A model generated the notes under the pieces. It was not told where the DNA came from. It saw nothing but the letters and a program-made list of their open reading frames with translations, and searched no databases. Source: Thermoleophilia bacterium (GTDB taxonomy: Bacteria; Actinomycetota; Thermoleophilia; Gaiellales; Gaiellaceae). Taken from it: 52,028 bases of DNA. Position 1 is the first letter of the stretch. Every line of letters starts with the position of its first letter. Location: assembly GCA_025925195.1 (NCBI GenBank), contig JAICLU010000001.1, positions 1 to 52,028 on the forward strand, in the 5' to 3' direction. Positions 38,236 to 47,398 of the stretch are shown here, one piece after another. Made by a program: the position numbers and the translations under genes.

Positions 38236-38917
38236 CGCGTTGCGCCGTCGTGTGGTCACCGCGAACCTCGAGCTCGTGCGGCTCGGTCTCGCGGTGCTGA
38301 CGTTCGGGAACGCGAGCGCGGTCGACCGCGAGGCCGGCGTGATGGCGATCAAGCCGAGCGGCGTTCCCTACCACGAGCTCAGCGAGGACTCGATCCCGCT
38401 CGTCGACCTCGCCGAGGGCACGGTCGTCGCCGGCTCCCGGCGGCCCTCGTCGGACACCCCGACCCACCTCGCGCTCTACCGCGCCTTCCCCGACGTCGGC
38501 GGCATCGTCCACACGCACTCGCCGTACGCGACCGCCTGGGCGCAGGCGCGGCGCGGCATCCCCTGCCTCGGCACGACGCACGCCGACCACTTCCGTGGGG
38601 CCGTGCCCGTCACGCGGCAGCTGACCGCGGCCGAGATCGCCGGTGGCTACGAAGAGGCGACGGGCGCGGCCATCGTCGAGCTGGGAGTCGATCCGACTGC
38701 GATGCCGGCGGCGCTCGTCGCGTCGCACGGCCCATTCGCGTGGGGCCGGAACGTCGACGAAGCGGTCGAGAACGCGGTCGCGCTGGAGGCGGTCGCCACG
38801 AGCGCGTATCGCGCGCTCGTGCTCCGCTCCGAGTGCGCCGAGATCGACGGGGACCTCCTCGCGAAGCATTTCGACCGCAAGCACGGCCCGGGCGCCTACT
38901 ACGGACAGCCGTCGTGA
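38225..38917 (+). CDS. araD: L-ribulose-5-phosphate 4-epimerase
   Basis: '[10 protein letters not shown]...MAIKPSGV', '[15 protein letters not shown]...[16 protein letters not shown]' and 'GTTHADHF' fit the class II aldolase/AraD pattern. Confidence 0.93.
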   Translation: MTADALRRRVVTANLELVRLGLAVLTFGNASAVDREAGVMAIKPSGVPYHELSEDSIPLVDLAEGTVVAGSRRPSSDTPTHLALYRAFPDVGGIVHTHSPYATAWAQARRGIPCLGTTHADHFRGAVPVTRQLTAAEIAGGYEEATGAAIVELGVDPTAMPAALVASHGPFAWGRNVDEAVENAVALEAVATSAYRALVLRSECAEIDGDLLAKHFDRKHGPGAYYGQPS

Positions 38918-40575
38918 CTGCCTATGCGGTCGGCATCGACTACGGCACCGAGTCCGCGCGCGCGGTGCTCGTCGACTGCGCCGACGGCAGCGAGCTCGCG
39001 ACGAGCGTCCACGTGTATGCGAACGGCGTGATCGACGAGCGCCTGCCCGCTCCCGACGACGACGTGCGGCTCGAGCCCGACTGGGCTCTCCAGGATCCCC
39101 GCGACTACGTCGCCGCCCTGCAGAGTGCGGTCCCGGCGGTACTGCGCGAGGCGGGGGTCGACCCCGACGACGTCGTCGGCGTCGGCATCGACTTCACATC
39201 GTGCACGATGCTCCCGGCGCTCGCCGACGGCACTCCGCTGTGCATGGTCGAGGACCTGCGCCGCGAGCCGCACGCATGGGTCAAGTTGTGGAAGCACCAC
39301 GCCGCCCAGCACGAGGCCGACCTGATCAACGCCGTCGGCGCCGAGCGCGGCGAGCCGTGGGTGGAGCGCTACGGCGGCCGGTACTCGTCCGAATGGTTCT
39401 TCGCAAAGGCGTTGCAGATCCTCGACGAGGCGCCGCACGTGTACGCCCGCGCAGGCCGTCTGCTCGAGGCGGCCGACTGGATCGTCTGGCAGCTGACCGG
39501 GATCGAGACGCGTAATGCGTGCACGGCGGGCTACAAGGCGATGTGGACGCCCGACGACGGCTTCCCCGACTCCTCGTTCTTCGCGGCGCTCGACCCGCGG
39601 TTCGCGGATGTCGTCGACACGAGGATGTCGCGGACGCTCTTGCCGCTCGGCAGCCGTGCCGGCCGCATCTGCTCGCGCGCTGCGGCGCGAACTGGCCTCA
39701 CGCCGGGGACGCCCGTCGCGGTCGGGAACGTCGATGCGCACGCCTCGGTCCCGGCGGTGGGCGTCACCGACGCCCGGCGCCTGGTTGCGATCATGGGCAC
39801 GAGCACGTGCGACATCCTGCTCGGCGACACGCTCGCGAGCGTCGCGGGCATGTGCGGGGTCGTGGAGGACGGCGTCGTTCCCGGCCTCTATGGCTACGAG
39901 GCCGGACAGTCGGGGGTCGGCGACATCTTTGCCTGGCTCGTCGACACGGTCGGCCTGCCGCACGAGGTCCTGACGGCCGAGGCGAGCGCGCTGCGGCCGG
40001 GCGAGAGCGGTCTGCTCGCGCTCGACTGGTGGAACGGCAACCGTTCGGTGCTCGTCGACGGCGACCTCCGAGGGCTGCTCGTCGGCATGACGCTCGCAAC
40101 GCGCCCGGCCGAGATCTACCGGGCGCTGATCGAGGCGACCGCGTTCGGCATGCGCGTGATCGTCGAGGCGTTCGAGCGCGCCGGCGTCGCGGTCGAGGAG
40201 ATCGTCGCGGCCGGCGGGTTGCCGGATCGCAACCCGTTGCTCATGCAGATCTACGCGGACGTCTGCGGGCTCCCGATCGTCGTCGCCGGCTCGCGACAGG
40301 CGCCTGCGCTGGGCGCGGCGATGTTCGGCGCGGTCGCAGGCGGGGCGCACCGCTCGATCGTCGAGGCGTCGGCGGCGATGGCGCCGCCGGCCCGCGACCG
40401 CTACACGCCGGAGGCCCAGTCGGCGAGCGCCTACGACACGCTCTTTTGCGAGTACAAGCGCCTCCACGACCTGTTCGGGCGCGGCGGCGACGACGTCATG
40501 CGCAGGTTGAAGTCACTGCAACACGAGGTGAAGCGCGGAGCCGTCGGCTTCCGCGCTACCCGCGTTCCAGGATGA
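38914..40575 (+). CDS. araB: Ribulokinase
   Basis: 'YAVGIDYGTESARAVLVD' (FGGY N-terminus), 'YSSEWFFAK' and 'GYEAGQSGVGDIFAW'. GTGA overlap with araD. Confidence 0.92.
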   Translation: MTAYAVGIDYGTESARAVLVDCADGSELATSVHVYANGVIDERLPAPDDDVRLEPDWALQDPRDYVAALQSAVPAVLREAGVDPDDVVGVGIDFTSCTMLPALADGTPLCMVEDLRREPHAWVKLWKHHAAQHEADLINAVGAERGEPWVERYGGRYSSEWFFAKALQILDEAPHVYARAGRLLEAADWIVWQLTGIETRNACTAGYKAMWTPDDGFPDSSFFAALDPRFADVVDTRMSRTLLPLGSRAGRICSRAAARTGLTPGTPVAVGNVDAHASVPAVGVTDARRLVAIMGTSTCDILLGDTLASVAGMCGVVEDGVVPGLYGYEAGQSGVGDIFAWLVDTVGLPHEVLTAEASALRPGESGLLALDWWNGNRSVLVDGDLRGLLVGMTLATRPAEIYRALIEATAFGMRVIVEAFERAGVAVEEIVAAGGLPDRNPLLMQIYADVCGLPIVVAGSRQAPALGAAMFGAVAGGAHRSIVEASAAMAPPARDRYTPEAQSASAYDTLFCEYKRLHDLFGRGGDDVMRRLKSLQHEVKRGAVGFRATRVPG

Positions 40576-40975
40576 CGACCGGGATCTGCCGGTCGGTCTT
40601 CGTCTGATACTCGGCGTACGGCGGCCAGTGGCCGAGCATCATCTGCCAGAGGCGGTCGCGTTCCTCGCCCTCCGCGTCGCGGGCGCGGACAGGGAAGACG
40701 TCTCCCTTGATCTGCACCTCCGCTGCCGGATTCTTGACGAGGTTCTTGTACCAACCCGGATGCTCCGGTGCGCCGCCCTTCGATGCGACGATGACCGGGT
40801 TGTCGCCGTCCAGGCCGAAGATCAGCGGGGCGGTCGTCGGCTCACCGCTCTTGCGGCCGGTCGTGGTCAGCAGCAGGATCTTCGACCCGTTGCGCCACTC
40901 GTATCCCTCTTCGCCGTCGGTCGCGCGGTAGCGCTCGACGTGCTCGTCTCCGTAGAGAAACTCCTGTTCGCTCAT
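40556..40975 (-). CDS. Deazaflavin (F420H2)-dependent oxidoreductase, DDN/FDOR-A nitroreductase family
   Basis: 'LLLTTTGRKSGEPTTAPLIF...VIVASKGGAPEHPGWYKNLVKNP...YAEYQTKTDRQIPVVILE' matches the PF04075-type pattern. ATGA overlap with the upstream carbamoylase. Confidence 0.85.
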   Translation of the reverse strand: MSEQEFLYGDEHVERYRATDGEEGYEWRNGSKILLLTTTGRKSGEPTTAPLIFGLDGDNPVIVASKGGAPEHPGWYKNLVKNPAAEVQIKGDVFPVRARDAEGEERDRLWQMMLGHWPPYAEYQTKTDRQIPVVILERG

Positions 40976-42210
40976 GCGCTGAGCCTAGCCAGCGCCTTCG
41001 AGGCCAGGCGGTCGAGCGCTGCGACCGACAGCTCGATGTGCTCCGGCTTCGTGTCCTCGAGCTTCGTGTGCGAGAGGCCGCGGAGCGACTGGACGAACAG
41101 CATCACCGTCGGAACGCCGGCGCGCGCCACCTCGGCCGCGTCGTGCAACGGCCCGCTCGGCAGGCGGTGCGACGTCCCGCAGACCTCGCGGACCGACTCG
41201 TCGGCGAGCTCGATCAGCTCACCGTCGAAGGGGATCGGCTCGATCTGCCAGATCCGCTCCCACGAGACCTCGACGTTCTCCTCGCCTGCGAACCGCTCGC
41301 TCGCCTCGCGCGCGAGCGACAGCAGCCGCGCCAGCGACTCCGCGTCGAGGTGGCGCTGGTCGAGCAGCTGCTCCGCCGTCTCGACGACCGACGTGACGAT
41401 CCCCGGGCGGCAGACGACGTTCCCCGACGTGCACACGGCGCCCTGGCCGACCTCGGCCGCAATCGGCCGGATCTCGAGCGCGAGCTTCGCCGCCGCCGCG
41501 AGCGCGTCGCGGCGCTTGTCCATCGGCGTCGAGCCGGCGTGCGCGGCCTGGCCCGTCCACGTGATCTGGTGGCGCTCGACGCCGAACGTCCCGAGCACGA
41601 CCCCGAGCGGGAGATCGAGCGACTCGAGGACCGGCCCCTGCTCGATGTGCAGCTCGAGGTAGGCGGCCGCATTCGCAAGCTGCGACCGTGCCTCGAGCGC
41701 GCGGTCGAGGTCGACGCCGTGCTCGCGCAGCGCGTCGGGCAGGGCGACCCCGTCGTTATCGCGCCGCTGGCGGAGCTCGTCCTGGTCGGCCATCGACCCG
41801 GCGGCAGCCGACGACCCGAACAGCGACCGGCCGAACCGCGCGCCCTCCTCGTCGGCCCAGTTGACGAGCCGGACCGTCAGCGGCGGCTCTCCCTCGGACG
41901 CGATCCGCCGCAGCACCTCGACGCCGGCCATGACGTTCAGGCAGCCGTCGAGCCAGCCGCCGTTCGGGACCGAGTCGAGGTGGCCGCCGATCAGCAGCGC
42001 CCGCTCCGAGGCGCCGGGCAGCGTGAACCACTGGTTGCCGGCCTCGTCGACCTCCTCGGACGCGCCTGTTCCGGCGACCTTTTCGCGGAGCCAGCCGCGT
42101 GCCCGCTCCCACGTCTCCGTCCAGGCGACCCGCTGGGCGCCGTTCTCGTCGCCGGTCAGCGACCGGAGCTCCTCGAGCTCCGCCACCGTCCGCGCCGGGT
42201 CGAGTCCCAT
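40972..42210 (-). CDS. M20-family N-carbamoyl-amino-acid / beta-ureidopropionate amidohydrolase (AmaB/allantoate amidohydrolase type)
   Basis: 'LLIGGHLDSVPNGGWLDGCLNVMAGVEVL' and 'NWADEEGARFG' are the canonical metal-ligand blocks of this subfamily. Confidence 0.85.
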   Translation of the reverse strand: MGLDPARTVAELEELRSLTGDENGAQRVAWTETWERARGWLREKVAGTGASEEVDEAGNQWFTLPGASERALLIGGHLDSVPNGGWLDGCLNVMAGVEVLRRIASEGEPPLTVRLVNWADEEGARFGRSLFGSSAAAGSMADQDELRQRRDNDGVALPDALREHGVDLDRALEARSQLANAAAYLELHIEQGPVLESLDLPLGVVLGTFGVERHQITWTGQAAHAGSTPMDKRRDALAAAAKLALEIRPIAAEVGQGAVCTSGNVVCRPGIVTSVVETAEQLLDQRHLDAESLARLLSLAREASERFAGEENVEVSWERIWQIEPIPFDGELIELADESVREVCGTSHRLPSGPLHDAAEVARAGVPTVMLFVQSLRGLSHTKLEDTKPEHIELSVAALDRLASKALARLSA

Positions 42211-42245
42211 AGACCGAATCTACTCCGTCTGTTAGAACCAGCGCG

Positions 42246-43136
42246 ATGGCGTCGGTCGCAGTCGAGCGCCCCGCAGAACGGGGCGTCGGGGTCAAGCGGG
42301 TCGGATCGAGGGGCGTGCTCCTCCTCGTCGTGCTCGGCGTGCTCTGGGGCGTCTGGGAAGGCTTCCGCGCCATCGGCATCCACTACGGACTGACGCGGCC
42401 GTTCACCGTCGACGCGACCTCGATGCCCCACATCCACGACATGTTCAAGGCGCTGTTCGAGCGGCCGAACGCCGAGGGGCCCCTGCTGATCGTCACGCTG
42501 CTCGAAGCCGCCGCCTTCACGGCGAAGGAGGCAGCGCTCGGCTTCGCGATGGGCTCGGTCGGCGGCTTCGCGATCGGCGCCCTGCTTGCCCACTCGCGAA
42601 TGCTGCAGCGCGGCTTCCTGCCGTACGTCGTCGCGTCGCAGACGGTGCCGATCCTCGCGATCGCGCCGATGGTGGTCATCTGGTTCACGAACCCGAACTC
42701 GACCTTTCACGTCACGGCGTGGGTCGCCGTCGCGATCCTCGCGTCGTACCTCACGTTCTTCCCGGTCGCGATCGCGACGCTGCGCGGCCTGCAGGCGACC
42801 GATCACCGGGCGGTCGAGCTGATGCGCTCCTACGCGGCCAACCGCTGGACCGTGCTGTGGAAGCTGCGGTTCCCGACGGCGCTGCCCTATCTCTTCAGCG
42901 CGCTCAAGATCTCCGCGACGGCGAGCATCGTCGGCGCGATCATCGGCGAGTCGCCGACGTCGATCGCCGGCGGCCTCGGCGGCGCGATCCTCAACTTCGC
43001 GCAGTTCTACAGCTTCCAGCCGCAGAACCTCTGGGCGACGAACATCGTCGCGGCCGCGCTCGGGATCGCGTTCTTCCTCGTCGTCGTCGGCGCGGAACGG
43101 CTCGTCCTCCGTCACGCCCCGGAGAACGTCGCGTGA
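42246..43136 (+). CDS. ABC transporter permease (NitT/TauT family)
   Basis: Six hydrophobic helices. 'PILAIAPMVVIWF' and 'ELMRSYAANRWTVLWKLRFPTALPYLFSALK' form the EAA-type loop of this family. Confidence 0.85.
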   Translation: MASVAVERPAERGVGVKRVGSRGVLLLVVLGVLWGVWEGFRAIGIHYGLTRPFTVDATSMPHIHDMFKALFERPNAEGPLLIVTLLEAAAFTAKEAALGFAMGSVGGFAIGALLAHSRMLQRGFLPYVVASQTVPILAIAPMVVIWFTNPNSTFHVTAWVAVAILASYLTFFPVAIATLRGLQATDHRAVELMRSYAANRWTVLWKLRFPTALPYLFSALKISATASIVGAIIGESPTSIAGGLGGAILNFAQFYSFQPQNLWATNIVAAALGIAFFLVVVGAERLVLRHAPENVA

Positions 43137-43906
43137 GCGTCGTCGAGATACAGGGAGTCTCGAAGGAGTTCAAGGGCGGGACGGTGGCGCTGCAGGACAT
43201 CGACCTGCAGATCGAGCAGGGCGAATTCGTCTCGCTGATCGGGCCGTCGGGTTGCGGCAAGTCGACGCTGCTGCGCGTGATCGGCGATTTGATCGAGCCG
43301 TCTCGCGGCGCAGTGACCGTCAACGGCAAGAGCGCGCGCCAGGCGCGGCAGGACCACGACTACGGCATCGTCTTCCAGGACGCCGTCCTCTACAACTGGC
43401 GCACCGTGGCGAAGAACGTCGCGCTGCCGCTCGAGCTCGCCGGCTGGAGCCGCGAGCGCCGGCAGGCGCGCGTCGAGGAGATGCTCGACCTCGTCGAGCT
43501 GCGAGGGTTCGCGGACCACCATCCCTGGCAGCTCTCGGGCGGCATGCAGCAGCGTGTCTCGATCGCGCGCGCGCTCTCGTTCGACCCGGCCCTACTGCTG
43601 ATGGACGAGCCGTTCGGCGCGCTCGACGAGATGACGCGCGAGCGCATGAACGCCGAGCTGCTCCGGATCTGGGAGGCAAGCAAGTCGACGGTCGTCTTCG
43701 TCACCCACTCGATCGCCGAGGCCGTGTTCCTCTCGACCCGCATCGTCGTCATGTCCGTGCGGCCGGGACGGATCTCGAAGGTGATCCCGGTCGACCTGGC
43801 GCAGCCGCGCGGGACGGCGACCCGTGAGGAGCCGCGCTTCTTCGAGCTCGCGACCGAAGTGCGAGAAGCGCTCCACCTCGGTGGCCACGTCGAGGTGCCG
43901 GCGTGA
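43133..43906 (+). CDS. ABC transporter ATP-binding protein (NitT/TauT family)
   Basis: GTGA overlap. Walker A 'GPSGCGKST', 'LSGGMQQRV' and 'LLMDEPFGALD'. Confidence 0.92.
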   Translation: MSVVEIQGVSKEFKGGTVALQDIDLQIEQGEFVSLIGPSGCGKSTLLRVIGDLIEPSRGAVTVNGKSARQARQDHDYGIVFQDAVLYNWRTVAKNVALPLELAGWSRERRQARVEEMLDLVELRGFADHHPWQLSGGMQQRVSIARALSFDPALLLMDEPFGALDEMTRERMNAELLRIWEASKSTVVFVTHSIAEAVFLSTRIVVMSVRPGRISKVIPVDLAQPRGTATREEPRFFELATEVREALHLGGHVEVPA

Positions 43907-44691
43907 CCGCGAGCATCGGCCGCAGGAGTGCGGAGTGGCTCCCGGCGCTCGGCGTGCTCGTCGCGATGATCGGGCTCTGGGAGGGGCTCGTGAAGGCCCT
44001 TCACGTCAAGCGCTTCCTCCTCCCCGCGCCCGACGCGATCTGGCGCGCGTTCGCGTCGAATCAGAGCCTCCTCTGGCGCGCCGGCTGGTGGACGTTCCAG
44101 GAGGCGTTCGGCGGCTTCGCGATCGGCTGCATCGCCGGGATCCTGCTCGCCGTCGTCGTCGCGCGGTTCGACCTGCTCGGCCATGCGCTGATGCCGTATG
44201 CGATCGCCGCGAATGCCGTCCCGATCGTCGCGTTCGCGCCGATCACGAACGCCTGGTTCAACCCGCTCGACAAGAGCTCGAAGATGGCGATCGCGGCGGT
44301 GCTCTGCTTCTTCCCGGTGTTCGTGAACGTCGTTCGCGGCCTCCGCTCGGTCAAGCCGCAGCAGCTCGAGCTGATGCGCTCGTACGCCGTCGGAGAGCTG
44401 ACGGTCTTCCGGCTCGTCCGCGTCCCGACCGCGCTGCCGTACCTCTTCACGGCGCTGCGCGTCGCAAGCGTGCTCGCGATGATCGGTGCGATCGTCGGCG
44501 AGTACTACGGCGGCTCGCTCGATTCGCTCGGCGCGAACATCGAGCAGGACGCGTCGCTCTTCCAGTTCGAGCGCGCGTGGGCCGAGATCGTGATCGCCTG
44601 CATCTTCGGGATCGGGTTCTATCTCGCGGTCGCGGCGGCGGAGCGGTTCGCCACCCGGTGGCAGCCGCGGATCGAGACGTCAGGGTCGTAA
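43903..44691 (+). CDS. ABC transporter permease (NitT/TauT family), second copy
   Basis: GTGA overlap. 'ELMRSYAVGELTVFRLVRVPTALPYLFTALR' parallels the first permease. Confidence 0.88.
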   Translation: MTASIGRRSAEWLPALGVLVAMIGLWEGLVKALHVKRFLLPAPDAIWRAFASNQSLLWRAGWWTFQEAFGGFAIGCIAGILLAVVVARFDLLGHALMPYAIAANAVPIVAFAPITNAWFNPLDKSSKMAIAAVLCFFPVFVNVVRGLRSVKPQQLELMRSYAVGELTVFRLVRVPTALPYLFTALRVASVLAMIGAIVGEYYGGSLDSLGANIEQDASLFQFERAWAEIVIACIFGIGFYLAVAAAERFATRWQPRIETSGS

Positions 44692-44715
44692 CTCAAATCG
44701 AAAGGGGCAACACGG

Positions 44716-45837
44716 ATGGGTCGTAGGAAATGGGTGATGGGGATCGTGGCGGCGGCACTTGCCGGCGTCGTGCTCTCGGCAGGGCTCGGCACCGCTGCGG
44801 CGGCGCCGAAGGCAAAGCAGCTGGACAAGGTCACGCTCCAGCTGAAGTGGGTCACCGACACGCAGTTCGGCGGGTACTACGCCGCGCAGCAGCTCGGCTA
44901 CTTCAAGAAGTTCGGCCTCGACGTGACGCTTCGGCCCGGCGGGCCGAGCATCACGCCGGAGCAGGTGGTGGCGAGCGGCCAGGCGCAGGTCGGCATCGAC
45001 TGGCTCCCGAGCCTTCTCGCGGCCCGCGACACCGGCACGGGCCTCGTGAACATCGCGCAGATGTTCTCGAAGTCGGGCATGACCGAGCTGACGTGGAAGT
45101 CGAGCGGCATCACGTCGGTCGCGCAGATGAAGAACAAGAAGGTCGGCGTGTGGTGCTGCGGTAACCAGTACGAGCTGTACGCGGCACTGACGAAGTACGG
45201 GATGGACCCGACGAAGAACAAGGGCGTCACGATCGTCAACCAGCCCTTCGACATGAACCTGTTCCTCCAGCACAAGGTCGATGCCGCCGCGGCGATGACC
45301 TACAACGAGCTGGCGCAGGTCATGGAGACGAAGAACCCGAAGACCGGCAAGCTCTACACGCTCAAGGACCTGAACGTGTTCCCGATGCAGAACGAGGGCA
45401 CCGGGATGCTCGAGGACGGGCTCTTCACGACGCAGGACTGGCTCAACTCGCACCGCGACGTCGCGATGCGCCTCGTGGCGGCCTCCGACTGGGGCTGGAT
45501 CTACTGCCGCGACCATGCCGTCCAGTGCGCCCAGTGGGTCGTGAAGGCAGGCACAGCGCTTCCGGCCGGCCATCAGGTCTGGGAGCAGAACGAGTCGAAC
45601 AAGCTGATCTGGCCGAACAAGCTCGGCATCGGGGTCATGGACCCGAAGGCGTTCGCGTTCACGGCGGCGACGTCCCTGAAGTACCACGGGATCAAGCACG
45701 CCGCGACCCGCAAGGCGTACGACGCCCAGATCGCGAAGGCGGCGCTGCAGTACCTGAAGAACCATGTGAAGGGCATCGACGTGTACGGCAAGCACTTCAA
45801 GCCGATCCACGTCACGCTCACGGCCGGCGGCAAGTAG
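44716..45837 (+). CDS. ABC transporter substrate-binding protein (NMT1/THI5-like)
   Basis: Signal peptide 'IVAAALAGVVLSAGLGTAAAAP'. 'LQLKWVTDTQFGGYYAAQQLGYFKKFGLDV' is the NMT1/SsuA-like motif. Confidence 0.85.
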   Translation: MGRRKWVMGIVAAALAGVVLSAGLGTAAAAPKAKQLDKVTLQLKWVTDTQFGGYYAAQQLGYFKKFGLDVTLRPGGPSITPEQVVASGQAQVGIDWLPSLLAARDTGTGLVNIAQMFSKSGMTELTWKSSGITSVAQMKNKKVGVWCCGNQYELYAALTKYGMDPTKNKGVTIVNQPFDMNLFLQHKVDAAAAMTYNELAQVMETKNPKTGKLYTLKDLNVFPMQNEGTGMLEDGLFTTQDWLNSHRDVAMRLVAASDWGWIYCRDHAVQCAQWVVKAGTALPAGHQVWEQNESNKLIWPNKLGIGVMDPKAFAFTAATSLKYHGIKHAATRKAYDAQIAKAALQYLKNHVKGIDVYGKHFKPIHVTLTAGGK

Positions 45838-45866
45838 AGAACGCAACCGAGAAGGGAGATTCGCTC

Positions 45867-47282
45867 ATGTCGTTGCTCATCAAGGGCGGCCGCGTGGTCA
45901 CTGCGGCCGACGACTACATCGCCGATGTCTTCGTCGACGACGAGCGGATCTCCCTGATCGGACTCGACCTCGACCTGCCCGCCGACCGCGTGATCGACGC
46001 CCGTGGCAAGTACGTGCTCCCGGGCTGCGTCGACCCGCACACGCACCTCGACATGCCGTTCGGCGGCACGGTGACGATCGACGACGTCGAGGCCGGGCAG
46101 ATCTCCGCCGCGTTCGGCGGCACGACGTGCCACGTCGACTTCTGCATCCAGCCGGCCGGCGCCACGTTCGCCGAGGCGCTCGCCGAATGGCGCGCGAAGG
46201 CCGACGGCAAGCAGACGATCGACATGGGCTACCACATGGCGGTCACCGACCTCGTCAACGGCGGCACGCTCGAGGAGCTCGCGACGCTGCCGGGTCAGGG
46301 CATCACCTCGTACAAGCTCTTCATGGCGTACAAGGGCGCGCTGATGGTCGACGACGAGACGCTGTACCGCACGATGGAGGTGGCGTCCAAGACGGGCGCG
46401 CTCGTGATGGTCCATGCCGAGAACGGCGACGTCGTCGATCTGCTCGTGCGGGAGGCGCTCGCCGCCGGCAACACCTCGCCGCTGTACCACGCCCTCACGC
46501 GGCCGCCCGAGGCCGAGGGCGAGGCGACGAACCGCGCCATTCAGCTCGCGCACCTCGCCGGTGCCCCGCTCTACGTCGTGCACGTGACGTGCAAGGAGGC
46601 GGTCGAGCCGATCGCCCGCGCGCGCGAGGCCGGCTGGGACGTCTGGGGCGAGACGTGCACGCAGTACTTCTTCAACTCGCTCGACGACATCGCGAGGCCG
46701 AACTTCGAGGGCGCGAAGTACGTCTACTCGCCGCCGGTGCGCGACGCGTCGAACCACGACGTCCTCTGGAACGCCGTCCGCGGTGACGCGCTCTCCGTGA
46801 TCTCGACCGATCACTGCGCGTTCCTCTGGGACGGCCAGAAGACGCTCGGCAAGGACGACTTCTCGAAGATCCCGAACGGCGGGCCCGGCCTCGAGGACCG
46901 GCTGAAGATGATCCACCACTTCGGCGTCAACGAGGGGCGGATCACGCTGAACCGGATGGTCGAGCTGCTCGCGACGAACCCGGCGAAGCTGTTCGGCCTC
47001 TACCCCCGCAAGGGAAGCGTCGCGGTCGGCTCGGACGCCGACCTCGTGATCTTCGATCCAAGCCGGGAAGTCACGATCTCCGCATCGACGCACCACTCGA
47101 AGGCGGACTACTCGCTCTACGAGGGGACGAAGGTCACCGGCGCGCCCGACGTCGTGGTCCTGCGCGGCAACATCCTCGTCGAGAACGACGAGCTCGTCGC
47201 CTCGCCGGGGGTCGGACAGTTCGTGCGACGCGCTCGGTTCGGCGAGGAACTGGCGCAATCCAAGACGGCGTCGCCGGCGTAG
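45867..47282 (+). CDS. hydA: Dihydropyrimidinase / D-hydantoinase
   Basis: 'LPGCVDPHTHLDMPF', carboxylated-Lys block 'SYKLFMAYKG', 'VHAENGD', 'YVVHVTC' and 'STDHCAF'. GGGAG lies about 9 nt upstream of the ATG. Confidence 0.93.
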   Translation: MSLLIKGGRVVTAADDYIADVFVDDERISLIGLDLDLPADRVIDARGKYVLPGCVDPHTHLDMPFGGTVTIDDVEAGQISAAFGGTTCHVDFCIQPAGATFAEALAEWRAKADGKQTIDMGYHMAVTDLVNGGTLEELATLPGQGITSYKLFMAYKGALMVDDETLYRTMEVASKTGALVMVHAENGDVVDLLVREALAAGNTSPLYHALTRPPEAEGEATNRAIQLAHLAGAPLYVVHVTCKEAVEPIARAREAGWDVWGETCTQYFFNSLDDIARPNFEGAKYVYSPPVRDASNHDVLWNAVRGDALSVISTDHCAFLWDGQKTLGKDDFSKIPNGGPGLEDRLKMIHHFGVNEGRITLNRMVELLATNPAKLFGLYPRKGSVAVGSDADLVIFDPSREVTISASTHHSKADYSLYEGTKVTGAPDVVVLRGNILVENDELVASPGVGQFVRRARFGEELAQSKTASPA

Positions 47283-47289
47283 TCATGGC

Positions 47290-47373
47290 ATGCGCTTCCT
47301 GCTGCTCGCGATACCTCTCGCCCTGACGCTCGTCTTGCTGCTCGCCGCCTGCGGCGGCCACGGCGGCTACTAG
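47290..47373 (+). CDS. Candidate 27-aa mini-lipoprotein ORF (or relic of a lipoprotein signal peptide)
   Basis: 'MRFLLLAIPLALTLVLLLAAC|GGHGGY': a complete lipoprotein signal with an LAAC lipobox but only 6 residues after the Cys. 25 of 27 codons end in G/C. No obvious SD. Below the ORF-track length cutoff. Confidence 0.3.
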   Translation: MRFLLLAIPLALTLVLLLAACGGHGGY

Positions 47374-47398
47374 ACGGCGCGGAACTAGACGGCGCGGA
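47369..47398. repeat. Perfect 15-nt tandem duplication (ACTAGACGGCGCGGA x2)
   Basis: Read directly from the sequence. The right copy contains the last four codons and stop of the minus-strand M20-like gene. The left copy contains the stop of the mini-lipoprotein ORF. Confidence 0.9.

Noticed and set aside
42211-42245. Possible regulator-binding inverted repeat in the 35-bp carbamoylase/permease divergent spacer (TCTAC...GTTAGA).
   Set aside because: The arms are only about 4 bp and imperfect, which is indistinguishable from chance. No regulator gene is present in the cluster.
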